Shown: in pieces, positions 27,565-38,435 of the stretch
Layout: the number at the start of each line of letters is the position of its first letter
Numbering within the stretch: position 1 is the stretch's first letter
Origin: Candidatus Woesebacteria bacterium GW2011_GWB1_39_10
GTDB lineage: Bacteria; Patescibacteriota; Microgenomatia; UBA8517
DNA: 64,000 bases
Assembly: GCA_000993205.1 (NCBI GenBank)
Contig: LBVU01000004.1
Span: 27,338 to 91,337 of the forward strand
Direction: 5' to 3'
Program-made: the position numbers and the translations under genes
Notes under the pieces: model-generated
Databases searched by the model: none
Told to the model about the DNA's origin: nothing
Seen by the model: only the letters and a program-made list of their open reading frames with translations

Positions 27565-28470
27565 TCAAATGTTTCGTAAGTTTTTCTTAAGTTCCTCCAG
27601 GCTTTGAAAGTCATGAATTGAAACAGGTATAATCTTTTTACCAATTTTGCCCAATCTTTTTATCAATTTTTGAAAATCTTCTATATTAATCAGGTCAGTT
27701 TTAGTCAAGATTATAACTTCTGGTTTATTGGTTAGATCAAAGCCGAATTTTTCTAACTCACTTCTTACAGTTTTGTAATCTTTCAGATGGTCCTGTGATT
27801 CGCAGGAGATACAGTGAAGAAGCGTCGAAACCTTTTCAATATGTTTCAAAAATGCAATTCCCAACCCCTTCCCCTTGGAAGCTCCTTCAATCAATCCCGG
27901 AATATCTGCAAGACATCTATTCTCAAAAACCCCTAAATTTGGCTCGAGTGTTGTAAACGGGTAGTTGGCAGTTTCCGCTTTTGCGTTCGTCAATTCGTTC
28001 AAGAGACTGCTTTTACCGGCATTGGGGAGCCCTATCAAACCAAAATCTGCAAGTAGTTTGAGAGAAAGGATAATACGTTTTTCTTCTCCGCGTTCCCCCC
28101 GACTTCCTGTAGTACCCCCAAAACCCCCTCTTCCTCCGCGACAAATAAGTTTTTCCTCACCGGGTTTAGTTAATTCCAAAATAGATTCGCCGGATTCTTT
28201 ATCAATTATACTTGTTCCCGCCGGAAGTAAAATTTCAATATCTCTGCCTTGTTTCCCGGTTCTGTTGTTTTTACCTCCCATACTCCCGTTTTCTGCAATG
28301 AAAATATCTTTTTCACTAAATTGGTTTAAAAGATTAATATTTGATGAGGTCTTGATAAAAACACTGCCTCCATTGCCTCCGTTTCCGCCTGCTGGACCTT
28401 TAAACTTATTAGGCATTCCGGCTCCTCCGTGTCCGCCACGAATTGTAATTTCTGCTCTATCGATTAACAT
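27565..28470 (-). CDS. obg: GTPase Obg (lacks C-terminal TGS domain)
   Basis: 301 aa. Gly-rich Obg-fold N-terminus, G-domain motifs GLPNAGKSSL and DIPGLIEGA. Confidence 0.85.
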   Translation of the reverse strand: MLIDRAEITIRGGHGGAGMPNKFKGPAGGNGGNGGSVFIKTSSNINLLNQFSEKDIFIAENGSMGGKNNRTGKQGRDIEILLPAGTSIIDKESGESILELTKPGEEKLICRGGRGGFGGTTGSRGERGEEKRIILSLKLLADFGLIGLPNAGKSSLLNELTNAKAETANYPFTTLEPNLGVFENRCLADIPGLIEGASKGKGLGIAFLKHIEKVSTLLHCISCESQDHLKDYKTVRSELEKFGFDLTNKPEVIILTKTDLINIEDFQKLIKRLGKIGKKIIPVSIHDFQSLEELKKNLRNI

Positions 28471-28484
28471 CTGCTCATTATATA

Positions 28485-29528
28485 ATGTTTTTTATGTTAA
28501 ATTTTCCCAAAGGGAAAAAATTAGCTTTTGTGTATAATGTCAGACATGTTTACCCGGACTCCGATGATCCTTCAACTTTTAACGAAGCAGATTTTGACGA
28601 TCAGGAGACGATTGACTCAATTGTCTCTCATCTCAAAAATTTAGGTTTAGACGTTTTGCCGATAGAAGCAAATACTCAAGCAGAACCCATTTTAATCGAT
28701 AATAAAACGGAAATCGGCTTTGTACTTAATTATTCCGAGGAGGTGTTTAAGTCTGAGCCAAAAACTTATATGGCGGAGGTGCTGGAAAGAGTCGGCCTGC
28801 CTTTTTCCGGATGCTTTTACAAAACCCAAAAAATAATTATCAACAAAGGTGAGATGAAGAGATTGCTCCTAATCGAAGGTGTGTCGACTCTACCCTATCA
28901 GGTTTTTGAAGACGCTAAGGAAAATTTGGACTCCCAGCTCAGGTTTCCTCTTATCGTTAAACCTATCGCCCGCGGTTCTTCTGCCGGAATAACAAACAAG
29001 AGTATTGTAAATAATAACGAAGAGTTGTCCAGACAAGTCAAATTTGTATTGGACACTTTTAATGAACCTGCTCTTGTAGAGCCTTTCATTGAAGGCAGAG
29101 AGTTCTCCGTTGGCATGCTGGGAAACCCTCCGGAAATTTTTCCCATAATCGAGCCTTTGCATGACAAACTTCCAAAAGACTTTTACCATATTGACTCAAT
29201 GGAAGTTAAATGGAAAGTTGAAGACGAGCTGGGTGTGGATTATTTTAAAATACCTGCAGATACGGGCAATGATTTAAAGTCAAATATTGAAAATTTATGC
29301 CGTGCCACATGGAATACCTTGGAAATAAGAGATTTTTGCAGAATTGATTTACGAATAAATCAAAAAAATAATATTATTTATGTTCTTGATGTAAACTCTC
29401 CTCCGGGTTTAATTCCTCCGGAAATTTCCACTACCTCTTATTTTCCAATGGCCGCAAAAGTAAAAGGATATAATTATGAAGACCTTCTGTCCAAGATAAT
29501 CGATGCAGGCCTTAGCAGATATCAATGA
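28485..29528 (+). CDS. ATP-grasp enzyme, D-alanine--D-alanine ligase-like
   Basis: 347 aa. N-terminal KKLAFVYNV...DQETIDSIVSHLKNLGLDV pre-ATP-grasp domain and a central KPIARGSSAGI...EPFIEGREFSVGMLG ATP-grasp core. Confidence 0.55.
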   Translation: MFFMLNFPKGKKLAFVYNVRHVYPDSDDPSTFNEADFDDQETIDSIVSHLKNLGLDVLPIEANTQAEPILIDNKTEIGFVLNYSEEVFKSEPKTYMAEVLERVGLPFSGCFYKTQKIIINKGEMKRLLLIEGVSTLPYQVFEDAKENLDSQLRFPLIVKPIARGSSAGITNKSIVNNNEELSRQVKFVLDTFNEPALVEPFIEGREFSVGMLGNPPEIFPIIEPLHDKLPKDFYHIDSMEVKWKVEDELGVDYFKIPADTGNDLKSNIENLCRATWNTLEIRDFCRIDLRINQKNNIIYVLDVNSPPGLIPPEISTTSYFPMAAKVKGYNYEDLLSKIIDAGLSRYQ

Positions 29529-29666
29529 TCATCAAAAGAAAAGAGGGGTATTATGTTATCGGCAGAACATCAAGAAAGCACCTGGGAGGACCGTACAAAA
29601 AACGGGAAGATGCAGTTAATAGGCTTCGTCAGGTGGAATTTTTTAAGAAATCCCGATAAATGAATA

Positions 29667-30365
29667 TTGGATATGAAACTTAAACTTGTTGAAAAAAGAG
29701 AAGAGGCTAAAGGAACGGTATCTTTTTTTTGGGAGCCCGAAAAACCGGTGGATTTTTTGGCAGGACAATATTATTACTTCTCTATTCCAAAGCTAAAGTA
29801 TCCTGACTCAAAAGGCACAACCAGACATTTTACAATTTCCTCTTCTCCAACCGAAGGGAACCTTCTATGGATTACAACAAGAATAAGAGAAAAGTCAGGG
29901 TACAAAAAAACACTCAACGAACTTCCTATCGATACTGAAATCGAAGGAGAGGGCCCCAATGGAACTTTCATTCTTGACGAGAAAGACATAGGACCACAAG
30001 TATTCATTGCCGGTGGGGTCGGAATTACTCCGTTTAGGAGCATAATTAAATACGCTATAGATAAGAACATACAAACTCCAATGTATTTAATCTACTCAAA
30101 TTCTGATAGCCAATTCGTTTTTAAAGATGAATTTGACAAATGGGCAAGTCAAAATGATTATTTCAAAGTTTCATATTTCGATTCGTCTGTTTCTGGCCAC
30201 TTGGATAGCACAAAATTGCAGCCCCTACTTACTACATACAATATACTTCATACAACCTTTTGGTTGGCCGGTCCTCCCCCAATGGTAGACGCCATGGAGC
30301 AGGTTTTAGGTAAACTTAAGATTACTTCCGACAAAATCCGCTCCGAAAAATTCACAGGATATTAG
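29667..30365 (+). CDS. FAD/NAD(P)-binding oxidoreductase (ferredoxin-NADP reductase fold)
   Basis: 232 aa. RHFTISS (RxYS-type FAD site) and FIAGGVGITPF NAD-binding motif. Confidence 0.65.
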   Translation: MDMKLKLVEKREEAKGTVSFFWEPEKPVDFLAGQYYYFSIPKLKYPDSKGTTRHFTISSSPTEGNLLWITTRIREKSGYKKTLNELPIDTEIEGEGPNGTFILDEKDIGPQVFIAGGVGITPFRSIIKYAIDKNIQTPMYLIYSNSDSQFVFKDEFDKWASQNDYFKVSYFDSSVSGHLDSTKLQPLLTTYNILHTTFWLAGPPPMVDAMEQVLGKLKITSDKIRSEKFTGY

Positions 30366-30405
30366 CTTCACTGATTCCCTCAGTGTTATAATCTTTGCAG
30401 AGTTT

Positions 30406-30478
30406 GCCGAGGTAGCTCAGTTGGTAGAGCGGCGGTATCGTAAACCGCAGGTCGTGGGTTCGATCCCCACTCTCGGCT
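30406..30478 (+). tRNA. tRNA-Thr(CGT)
   Basis: Acceptor GCCGAGG/TCTCGGC, anticodon stem GCGGT/ACCGC with loop ATCGTAA, T-arm GTGGG-TTCGATC-CCCAC. Confidence 0.85.
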
Positions 30479-30491
30479 CCCAAGATAAATT

Positions 30492-31220
30492 ATGGCTATT
30501 ATGGCTAGAAATTATTCCAGGCTGGCATCGGTTGAAGAAAGAAGGAATCTAAGAAGAGCAATCACATACATTGTTCTTGCAATTTCAGGTCTTGTACTTC
30601 TCTTCTTTTTGGGAATACCGGTAATCGGAAGATTCACCGCTTTTGTTTCTGATCTTGGAAAAAGTAATAAGCCGATTACAAACACTGACAAGACTCCACC
30701 CGCACCACCAAGATTCAATACTTTCCCGGATTTTACAAACCAAAACCAAATAAGTCTTGCTGGCACCACCGAGTCGGGGACCACGATTAAATTGACATTT
30801 AACAGAAACGTAATAGATACTCTTGCCGACAAAGACGGTACCTTTACGTTTAGCAACCTGACCTTAAATGATGGCTACAATATTTTTTTTGCCACCTCTA
30901 CCGACGCTGCCGGGAATAATAGCCAACAAACACAAGAATATAAAATAGTTTTTGATAACAAACCCCCCGACCTGACAATAGAAAGCCCCGGTGACGGCTC
31001 AACTTTTTTTGGATCAAAGCAGAGGCAAATTACAATTCAGGGAATATCTGAAAGCGGAGTTCAAATAACAATTAACGATAGAGTCGTTGTTGTCGATGAT
31101 AATGGTAAATTTCAATATACATTAACTCTCAACGAAGGAGAAAATAAATTTACAATTAAAGCGACCGACCAGGCAGGAAACTCCATCGAAAAAGACCTCA
31201 TGTTAAGTTTTTCTCCTTAA
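30492..31220 (+). CDS. Membrane-anchored protein with Ig-like (Big-type) beta domains
   Basis: 242 aa. N-terminal TM, then repeated T/S-rich beta-strand segments (TIKLTFNR..., KFTIKATDQAGN). Confidence 0.45.
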   Translation: MAIMARNYSRLASVEERRNLRRAITYIVLAISGLVLLFFLGIPVIGRFTAFVSDLGKSNKPITNTDKTPPAPPRFNTFPDFTNQNQISLAGTTESGTTIKLTFNRNVIDTLADKDGTFTFSNLTLNDGYNIFFATSTDAAGNNSQQTQEYKIVFDNKPPDLTIESPGDGSTFFGSKQRQITIQGISESGVQITINDRVVVVDDNGKFQYTLTLNEGENKFTIKATDQAGNSIEKDLMLSFSP

Positions 31221-32373
31221 CACAAAGGGCAAGCAAAAATACCATCCACCCCATTATCCAGGGATAAAAAAGTGAATTTGAAAACAGACTATGAACTGCG
31301 AGAGCTAAGAACGAAGAACTAAGAACTAAAAAGTTGGGAGTATGTTTTACAGATAAGCCGATTCCTGATATTGAATAAATAAAAACTATTAAGCCAACAA
31401 CCCCAGTAGTTGTCAAAACAAACAAGAGACTTGAATCAGATCCTGAACAAGAGTGAGAAGTAAACGTCTGAGATCCAATATATTTTTGGTAAGCAACGCA
31501 CATATTGTTGTATCCAATCCCAAATATTGGAGACTTTGAAAATATTGCCAATGTAGATTGATAGTTTTCAACTTTTGCAATAGCTGAAAAACTTCTAAAA
31601 AGTTGAATGCTATGATTCTTTGTTGTGGGTAAAACAAAGACTAATACGACAAACAAAATCGATGGGATAATAATTTTCTTTAATATTTGTTTACCCCAAA
31701 TAAACAGAGTAAGACCCACAAAAAGCGCCAAATAGCTTGCCCTGGAATAAGTAAAGGCCAGAGAGACTAAAAGAAACATTAAAAATAGAATATTTTTGAA
31801 GTTCCAACTACTAATACATCGATGTATTAGTAGTAACAAGCCAAAAACAATAATCAGACCCAAAAATGTTGGATCAAGAAAAGTACCAACTAAACGAAAT
31901 AAATGCATATCCCAACCCCATTCAAAAAAAGGTTTAATGTCGGGGAATCTAAAAAACTGAATCCAACCAAATATTACAGATACGACAGAAACGGTTAGAA
32001 GAGAATCAACCAGCAATTTTTTATTCTTTGATCTACCCGCTGAAAAATTCAAAACATATATGAGAAAGTAAGAATAGGCAACCAAACGGAGAAGATATAA
32101 AAGTCCATAAAGTACCTCTATTTGTTTAAATATAAATAACCCAAAAATCCAGGAGAACGTCGCTACAACCAACAATCCTTGAATATACTTAAAAAAATCC
32201 GGTTTTTTGAACCTTTTAATAATTGCATGGACTGCCCCCAGTCCAACGATCACGTCCATCGGATGCAATATCCCAATTCTAATTATTTGTCCAAAAGGAA
32301 ATATTACAAAGAAAAGAAAGATGAATATATTATTAAAATTTAGGCGTTTTGTATTATCCATTGTTTGCTCCAT
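31198..32373 (-). CDS. O-antigen ligase / Wzy-like polymerase family membrane protein
   Basis: 391 aa, about 10 TM segments, a YSRASYLA motif region resembling the Wzy_C ligase domain. Confidence 0.5.
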   Translation of the reverse strand: MEQTMDNTKRLNFNNIFIFLFFVIFPFGQIIRIGILHPMDVIVGLGAVHAIIKRFKKPDFFKYIQGLLVVATFSWIFGLFIFKQIEVLYGLLYLLRLVAYSYFLIYVLNFSAGRSKNKKLLVDSLLTVSVVSVIFGWIQFFRFPDIKPFFEWGWDMHLFRLVGTFLDPTFLGLIIVFGLLLLIHRCISSWNFKNILFLMFLLVSLAFTYSRASYLALFVGLTLFIWGKQILKKIIIPSILFVVLVFVLPTTKNHSIQLFRSFSAIAKVENYQSTLAIFSKSPIFGIGYNNMCVAYQKYIGSQTFTSHSCSGSDSSLLFVLTTTGVVGLIVFIYSISGIGLSVKHTPNFLVLSSSFLALAVHSLFSNSLFYPWIMGWMVFLLALCVKEKNLT

Positions 32374-32903
32374 GACAGAAAGGAATGCAAAGACTGCATT
32401 ATACTAAAAACTATGTTTCTGGTTTTAAAAAAAGTAATTAAAAATTTCCCAAAGGGAAAAAAAATAATTTTTAAAAGCGTCGGTCTTTTTCCTTCCTCAA
32501 TATTTGCTTTCGCGTGCAGATCTGAATAGAAATTAATTTTCGAGATATATTCATGAAGATTGTCGGCAGTATTGTGAATTATTGGGGTATCGATCATTCC
32601 AACTCTGCCAGTTGACGGTTTCCAAACTTCATGAACACATCTTGCCCATTTCCCGGTTCCTTTTTTTACTAAACGGATAATTTTATCGTTCCCAAAATAC
32701 TGACCCAAAAAATAATTTTTCCTTATAAATTGATAGCATGAAAAATCATCGGATGTTTCAATTTTGAACTCTTTTAAAATTGTCTCATCTTTGTCCAAAA
32801 ATAACACCCAATCAGCTTTAGATTTTTTGAGTAATTTGTTTCGTGATGCCGCAAAATCTGTAATATTTTTTTTATTTAAGATAGCGGTCGTGAAGTTTTT
32901 CAT
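32340..32903 (-). CDS. Truncated GT2-family glycosyltransferase fragment (lacks the N-terminal nucleotide-binding half)
   Basis: 187 aa. Begins at the ASRNKLL...ADWVLFLDKDE (DxD) segment, which normally sits ~90 aa into GT2 enzymes. Confidence 0.4.
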   Translation of the reverse strand: MKNFTTAILNKKNITDFAASRNKLLKKSKADWVLFLDKDETILKEFKIETSDDFSCYQFIRKNYFLGQYFGNDKIIRLVKKGTGKWARCVHEVWKPSTGRVGMIDTPIIHNTADNLHEYISKINFYSDLHAKANIEEGKRPTLLKIIFFPFGKFLITFFKTRNIVFSIMQSLHSFLSWSKQWIIQNA

Positions 32904-35164
32904 TTAATTGATTTAAATACCTGTATACCCCCATCTACCCAAATTTCGCGTCCGGCTGCAATCTGTCCGGAACTACCTTCTTCAACTATTGTATACCGCA
33001 CTCCTGCATCACTCTTAATTTTTGCGCCTCTAATTGTTAATAGATAAATATAGTTATTTGCAAAATTATTTTCGAATTGATCGTTTACCCCAATCCTTGA
33101 GATTGAAAAATCTGACCCTTTTGAATCTTTAATAATTTCATTGACCGTTGAAAGTTGAACCGAGTACGGCGGAGGGCTTTGGGAATAATCGGTAATAAAT
33201 TTATCCCGGTAAAACCAATCGGTGCTGACTAAATTCCATATTCCGAAACTTCCGATTAAAAACGTAAGAATCGCCAAAACAATATTATTTTTAAAAGTTT
33301 TTACCAAAATGTAGCTTGCCATGATTAACGGGACTGGGAAAATCGCCAGATAATAATGTTCTGGAGGGGCTCCGTGCATGAATAACCCAAGATAAGGGAT
33401 GATTAAATTAATCAAAAGTAAAATAAAAGCCGTTTCTTTATTTTTGTCGCGAAGGGGCCTAAAAATCCAAAAGGCGGATCCGAAGGTTACAAAGGCAAAT
33501 AATGCGATCGATAAAGTATTTGAATTCGGAACAAACGAGTCTTTAAAAAACTGGTATACAGAGTAAATGTTTTGCGACAAGACTTTCAAATTAACACTAT
33601 TCTTGGGATACAAACCAAAAAAACCAAGTACCCGGTAGGGGATCCATGTTATAAGTTGAAGTGTTATTGCAAATTTGTTTGATATCTCATAAATGATGAA
33701 GGTAATATTGGGGATCAGGAAAGCTAAAAAGAAATATATTACGTATTTTAATTTTGGGCTGACTTTAAAATAAATAAAACATACGATAGTTGCCGGAATT
33801 AAAAGAAACGGGCTTGGAAAAAAATTCATCGAAAGCCCCAAAATCAGTCCTAAAACACCTAAACTTTTACCTTTATCATTAATCGACTTTAGTAAATACC
33901 AAAGATATGGGAAAAATATTATAGCGGCCGGTGCATTATAACGTGAGTTTCTGGTCAACACGATCCATGCTGGGGAAACCGCCAACAGGAAAGAGGAAAT
34001 CAATGCAATTTTTTCGTTAAATAATTTTTTAACATAGTAGTAGCAAACAAGGATTGAAACCGATTCGACGACCGCCCAAAAAATATTGATTACACTAGGA
34101 TTAAATCTTGCAAAAAAAAGAAGAACGGTATAGATCCAATATGAAATTGGCGGAATAAAAAACCATTCGTGTGAGGTTCTGGGGCCTATCAAAAATGTCC
34201 GTGTTCCATGGATAATATTCCAAACGTTCATATAGTCTGTTCCCATCTCACCATTTAAAACAAGGTTGGGTATTAGTCTATAAAATCTCAAAAATGTTCC
34301 AAGGATCAATATTCCTAAAACCATTAGCGTACTTTTTGAAAATCTGGCAAACATTTCAACTATCAAAGCAGGTAAAAGGCCGTAGTGTTTTTTAAAATAA
34401 TAATATCTGCTATGTGCAAATATTTGCTTTATTTGATCGGAACTCTTCGGCGTCCCTTTAGATTCCATGTGTATTGCTTCGGATTTTGAATCAAAATAAA
34501 TTTCATGTCCGTTCTTTTTTAGACGTTTCGAAACATCGTTTTCTTCAAAATATAAAAATAGATTCTCGTCAAATTTATCAATTTTTTCGTAGACCTCTTT
34601 CTTAATCATGAAGGCGCCAAGTTGCCCCACTTCTACTTTCCGAGAAGTTCGCCTATTCCAACTATCCATCAGGTAATCTTTAACTATTGGATTGACGGGA
34701 AAGATTTTGTTTATGAAAGATAGAAAAAATATTCCTCTAACCGGGGTTAATTCTTTAGTCGCTTCGGGAGTAAATCTCCCCGAAATGTTTTTAATACGTG
34801 GAACCACCATCCCAATTTTGCTGTCTTTTTTCAAGATATTGTAAATATTTTTAAAGGATTGGAGATCGATAAGAATATCCGAGTCAATCGAAAAAATAAA
34901 CTTTCCAACCGCGTGCCTAATCCCGAAATTACGCCCCGCCCCCCATCCTAAATTTTTTGAAGCAGAGATGTATTTAACCCAAGAATATTTTTTCTTAACA
35001 GTATTTTCCTCAAGTTTTTCACCATTATTGTCCACCAAAATAAATTCACCAGATTTAAATTTCGATTTGATTATTTTTAGTTTATCTAGACACTTGTAAA
35101 CTTCACCGCCGTGCCCGAAATGCCCAACAACCACCGATACTTTAATCGTTTTTCGAAGCTTCAT
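32900..35164 (-). CDS. Fusion glycosyltransferase: N-terminal GT2 catalytic domain plus C-terminal multi-TM GT-C/PMT-ArnT-like domain
   Basis: 754 aa. VSVVVGHFG...ILVDNNG...GWGAGRNFG...SIDSDILID GT2 motifs, followed by ~12 TM helices. Confidence 0.55.
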   Translation of the reverse strand: MKLRKTIKVSVVVGHFGHGGEVYKCLDKLKIIKSKFKSGEFILVDNNGEKLEENTVKKKYSWVKYISASKNLGWGAGRNFGIRHAVGKFIFSIDSDILIDLQSFKNIYNILKKDSKIGMVVPRIKNISGRFTPEATKELTPVRGIFFLSFINKIFPVNPIVKDYLMDSWNRRTSRKVEVGQLGAFMIKKEVYEKIDKFDENLFLYFEENDVSKRLKKNGHEIYFDSKSEAIHMESKGTPKSSDQIKQIFAHSRYYYFKKHYGLLPALIVEMFARFSKSTLMVLGILILGTFLRFYRLIPNLVLNGEMGTDYMNVWNIIHGTRTFLIGPRTSHEWFFIPPISYWIYTVLLFFARFNPSVINIFWAVVESVSILVCYYYVKKLFNEKIALISSFLLAVSPAWIVLTRNSRYNAPAAIIFFPYLWYLLKSINDKGKSLGVLGLILGLSMNFFPSPFLLIPATIVCFIYFKVSPKLKYVIYFFLAFLIPNITFIIYEISNKFAITLQLITWIPYRVLGFFGLYPKNSVNLKVLSQNIYSVYQFFKDSFVPNSNTLSIALFAFVTFGSAFWIFRPLRDKNKETAFILLLINLIIPYLGLFMHGAPPEHYYLAIFPVPLIMASYILVKTFKNNIVLAILTFLIGSFGIWNLVSTDWFYRDKFITDYSQSPPPYSVQLSTVNEIIKDSKGSDFSISRIGVNDQFENNFANNYIYLLTIRGAKIKSDAGVRYTIVEEGSSGQIAAGREIWVDGGIQVFKSIK

Positions 35165-35165
35165 A

Positions 35166-36419
35166 TTATGTCATCGAGATTCCGGGAAATGAAACTATAA
35201 ATTTACCTCCATTTTTGACAAAAGCCCGTTCTTTTTTAATTATTTCCTTTTTATAATTCCACGCAAGAAGCAATACATACTTCACACTATCTTTTCTAAA
35301 TATTTCCGGTGAAACAATTGGAATGTGCGTTCCCGGAGTAAACCGACCTTGTCTTTCGAGAGACTCGTCAACTATATAGTCCAAGATGTCATTGCCAATT
35401 CCACAAGTACTCAGAAAGGTATTTGCACGCCCTCCTGCCCCGTAGCCAACGATTCTTGACCCGCTTTTTTTAATACCCAATAACAATCTCTTTATGTTCA
35501 CTCTGTGTTTATCAATTTTTAAATCAAAGTTTTTTAGGATTTTCTCATCAACATGTCCAAGTCCGCATTCGTATTTTTTTAATTTTCCGACGCTGACTTC
35601 TATTTTCAGTTTATTGTTAGTTTTAAATTTAGCATAAACACGAATCGAACCGGAATGTATCGACATTTTTTTAACATCAAATATTTCCAGATTAAACTTA
35701 TTCAAAAACGGGTTTAATGTCGACAAGTTGTAATAACTTAGGTGTTCACCATAGAAAAAGTCATATTGCATCATTTTTAAAAGGTCGGGGAAATAGTGAA
35801 CCTCAAAAATTAATACCCCATCACTCTTAAGGAGCTTACTTATACCACTAAATACATTGTCCATATTGTCAATGTGAGCTAAAACATTATTTGCCAAAAT
35901 TACATCAGCCTTTCCATTTTTCTTCAAAATTCGATCCGCTACTTTAACCCCAAAATAATCGAAAACGACATTAATCCCTTTTTTCTTGGCAATTCTCCCA
36001 ACATTTACGGCCGGGTCTACCCCTAGAACTTTATAACCCATTTTTAAAAGCGGAGAGAGTAAGACTCCATCGTTGCTGCCAATTTCCACTATAAAGGAAT
36101 TCTCATTCAAGAATTTCTTTTTTACTTCCTCGGCATATTCCTGAAAATGCTTCGTTAGACTTACCGACGATAGATAATGATAATTTTTAAATAAAGTCTC
36201 GGAAGAAATAATATCCAAATTTTGAATTAGACCGCAACTCTTGCAAAAGAAAATTCGAAGAGGGTAATAATACTCTTTTCCCACCTCCCATGGTTTAAGA
36301 TAATTGCCAGCATGGGGCATATAGCCAAAATCCAGAAATTTGATCAATTTGCGACTTTTGCAAAACCTGCAGATACTTCTCTTTTTGAATTTACCTAATT
36401 TTGCCTTTCTCTTAGTCAT
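35166..36419 (-). CDS. SAM-dependent C-methyltransferase-like (Zn-ribbon + class I MTase + C-methyltransferase C-domain)
   Basis: CRFCKS...CKSCGL zinc ribbon, VEIGSNDGVLL (SAM motif I), C-terminal domain as in NDP-sugar C-methyltransferases. Start set at internal MTKRK. Confidence 0.55.
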   Translation of the reverse strand: MTKRKAKLGKFKKRSICRFCKSRKLIKFLDFGYMPHAGNYLKPWEVGKEYYYPLRIFFCKSCGLIQNLDIISSETLFKNYHYLSSVSLTKHFQEYAEEVKKKFLNENSFIVEIGSNDGVLLSPLLKMGYKVLGVDPAVNVGRIAKKKGINVVFDYFGVKVADRILKKNGKADVILANNVLAHIDNMDNVFSGISKLLKSDGVLIFEVHYFPDLLKMMQYDFFYGEHLSYYNLSTLNPFLNKFNLEIFDVKKMSIHSGSIRVYAKFKTNNKLKIEVSVGKLKKYECGLGHVDEKILKNFDLKIDKHRVNIKRLLLGIKKSGSRIVGYGAGGRANTFLSTCGIGNDILDYIVDESLERQGRFTPGTHIPIVSPEIFRKDSVKYVLLLAWNYKKEIIKKERAFVKNGGKFIVSFPGISMT

Positions 36420-36466
36420 TTGTGTGTAGTTTAGCAAAAATTGTGCTAACATTCTCTCAAATTGCC

Positions 36467-37225
36467 ATGGCCAAAGATTTTCTGATTCTCGGGGGAGAAT
36501 CCACATTAGCCAAATATTTTATTCAAACTTATGGGGAAAAGTGTGTGGCATTGAACAAAAAGAAGTGCGACATAACAAATATTAAGATTTTGGAGAAAGT
36601 TATAAAGAGAACCAGAGCAGAATATATCCTCAACTGCGCAGCAATTACCGATATTGGATACGCAGAAAAAAATCCTAAAGAATGTTTTAATGTTAACTCC
36701 ATTGCCGTCTGGAATTTAGATATACTTACCCGAAAATATAATAAAAAATTAATCCACCTTTCTTCAGACTATGCAGTTAACCCGACAAATGTTTATGGAT
36801 ATTCTAAGCTAATCAGTGAAAGGCTTATCAACAAGTCTAAAAACCTTATCATACGAACAAGTTTTTATAGCAATAAATATTACATAATAAACTCTCTCGT
36901 TTCGGGTAAAGTCACCAACGCTTACAAAAATGCTTTCTTTAATCCCGTATCCATAAACCGACTAGTCGGGGAAATTTACAAAAACAGAAACAAGCATGGA
37001 ATTCTTAATATTTTTACAGAGAAAAAAATATCCAAATACAGTTTTGCAACAATGGCAGCTAAAACTTTTAATATCGATCGAAAGTTAATTCAGCCGGTTG
37101 ATTTAATTAACGTTGAGGAAAAAGCAAACCTACCATTAAATTCATTCGTTCCATCAGACATCAAAATTCAGCTGGATGAAGATCTTCTTACTTTTAAAAA
37201 ACATTTAAAGCCTATCACGTCTTAA
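36467..37225 (+). CDS. dTDP-4-dehydrorhamnose reductase-like (RmlD/short SDR) protein
   Basis: LILGGESTLA Rossmann-like start and the YGYSK catalytic Y-x-x-x-K. Confidence 0.45.
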   Translation: MAKDFLILGGESTLAKYFIQTYGEKCVALNKKKCDITNIKILEKVIKRTRAEYILNCAAITDIGYAEKNPKECFNVNSIAVWNLDILTRKYNKKLIHLSSDYAVNPTNVYGYSKLISERLINKSKNLIIRTSFYSNKYYIINSLVSGKVTNAYKNAFFNPVSINRLVGEIYKNRNKHGILNIFTEKKISKYSFATMAAKTFNIDRKLIQPVDLINVEEKANLPLNSFVPSDIKIQLDEDLLTFKKHLKPITS

Positions 37226-38435
37226 GGGTCTTAAATATAAAGTACCCCGTAAAGGGCAGGGAAATTAGGGTTCCTATGATAGCCGATGCACCGGCCCCTA
37301 TTATTCCATAAGTTTGTGTGAGAGGAATAATTGTAACCCAAAGACCCAGGGTACTAACAATTGTTACGATTGCAGAATATTTTTGCTTCTCTTTTGCGAC
37401 CAATAAAGAATTTGTCGAACTGGCGATACCCCGAACTACACCAAGTACAGACAGAAGTTTTACAACAGGGATAGCACTCTCCCATCCTTTTCCAAAAAGA
37501 ATATTAACTATCGGTGCGGCAAAAACAAAAACAATTATTCCTGCAGTCGTCATTAATACAAAATTCGCTAAAGTATTTTTAATAAAAGCGGATTTAAGTC
37601 GGGCGGCCTCACCCGAAATCTTGGAAAAGATTGGAAAAGTTACTCTGTAAAAAATATCTCCAACTTCAGTCAGTGGAGCAGTCGAGATTTTATATGCATT
37701 TTGGTAAATTCCCAGTGGAGCGATACCTAAAATTTTACCGACAACGACATTGTCACTTTGTGTATAAAAATAGTCAAAAATCCCAAAAAGTGTTACCCAC
37801 TTACCCCTTTCAACTACTCTTTGTATCTTGACTTTATGAAAAGCAAACTTCGGCCAAGGTCTTGCAACAATAAATGTGTAAAAAACCTCAAAAACTGCAC
37901 TTGCTACAAGCCCCAAAACCATTCCGTATGCGGATTGTAAAATTATTACGCCAAGCACTGAAACCAAGCACTCTATCGAAAAAACCGAAATTCTATATAA
38001 AAATTCTTTGTTAAACTGCAATTCTTTTTGAAATTTAACAATTGAAGGATTAATTAATCCGCGGATTAAAGGTACTAAAGAAGCTATATACAAAAGAGCC
38101 TTTGATCCGGGCGAGTTGAAAAATCCCGAAATAGGAGATGCGGTAATAAAAATAAGGATTGAAATTAATAGACCGCGGATAATAGAAACTACCCATGCAG
38201 TATCTATATAGTTATCAATATCCTCCTTTTCCTGAATAAGAAAAATATTAATTCCGGTTTCTGTGATAATCTCTAAAAATCCCAAAATTATCGTAACTAC
38301 TCCAAAAACTCCCAAACTAAATGGAGTAAGAATGTGAGCGATAATCGCAATCCGGATAACACCAATAAGACGATACAGGACCCTAAAGGCAGTCATCCAA
38401 CTTAAACCTTTTAGTGTGTCTTTAAAATAACCCAT
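37215..38435 (-). CDS. Polysaccharide biosynthesis / Wzx-type flippase (MOP superfamily)
   Basis: 406 aa with ~12 TM helices. Sits inside the glycan cluster. Confidence 0.55.
   Translation of the reverse strand: MGYFKDTLKGLSWMTAFRVLYRLIGVIRIAIIAHILTPFSLGVFGVVTIILGFLEIITETGINIFLIQEKEDIDNYIDTAWVVSIIRGLLISILIFITASPISGFFNSPGSKALLYIASLVPLIRGLINPSIVKFQKELQFNKEFLYRISVFSIECLVSVLGVIILQSAYGMVLGLVASAVFEVFYTFIVARPWPKFAFHKVKIQRVVERGKWVTLFGIFDYFYTQSDNVVVGKILGIAPLGIYQNAYKISTAPLTEVGDIFYRVTFPIFSKISGEAARLKSAFIKNTLANFVLMTTAGIIVFVFAAPIVNILFGKGWESAIPVVKLLSVLGVVRGIASSTNSLLVAKEKQKYSAIVTIVSTLGLWVTIIPLTQTYGIIGAGASAIIGTLISLPFTGYFIFKTLKT

Noticed and set aside
27965-28537. 190-aa proline-rich plus-strand ORF
   Set aside because: Antisense to obg. 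Composition (PPLPP runs) reflects the complement of Gly-rich Obg codons.
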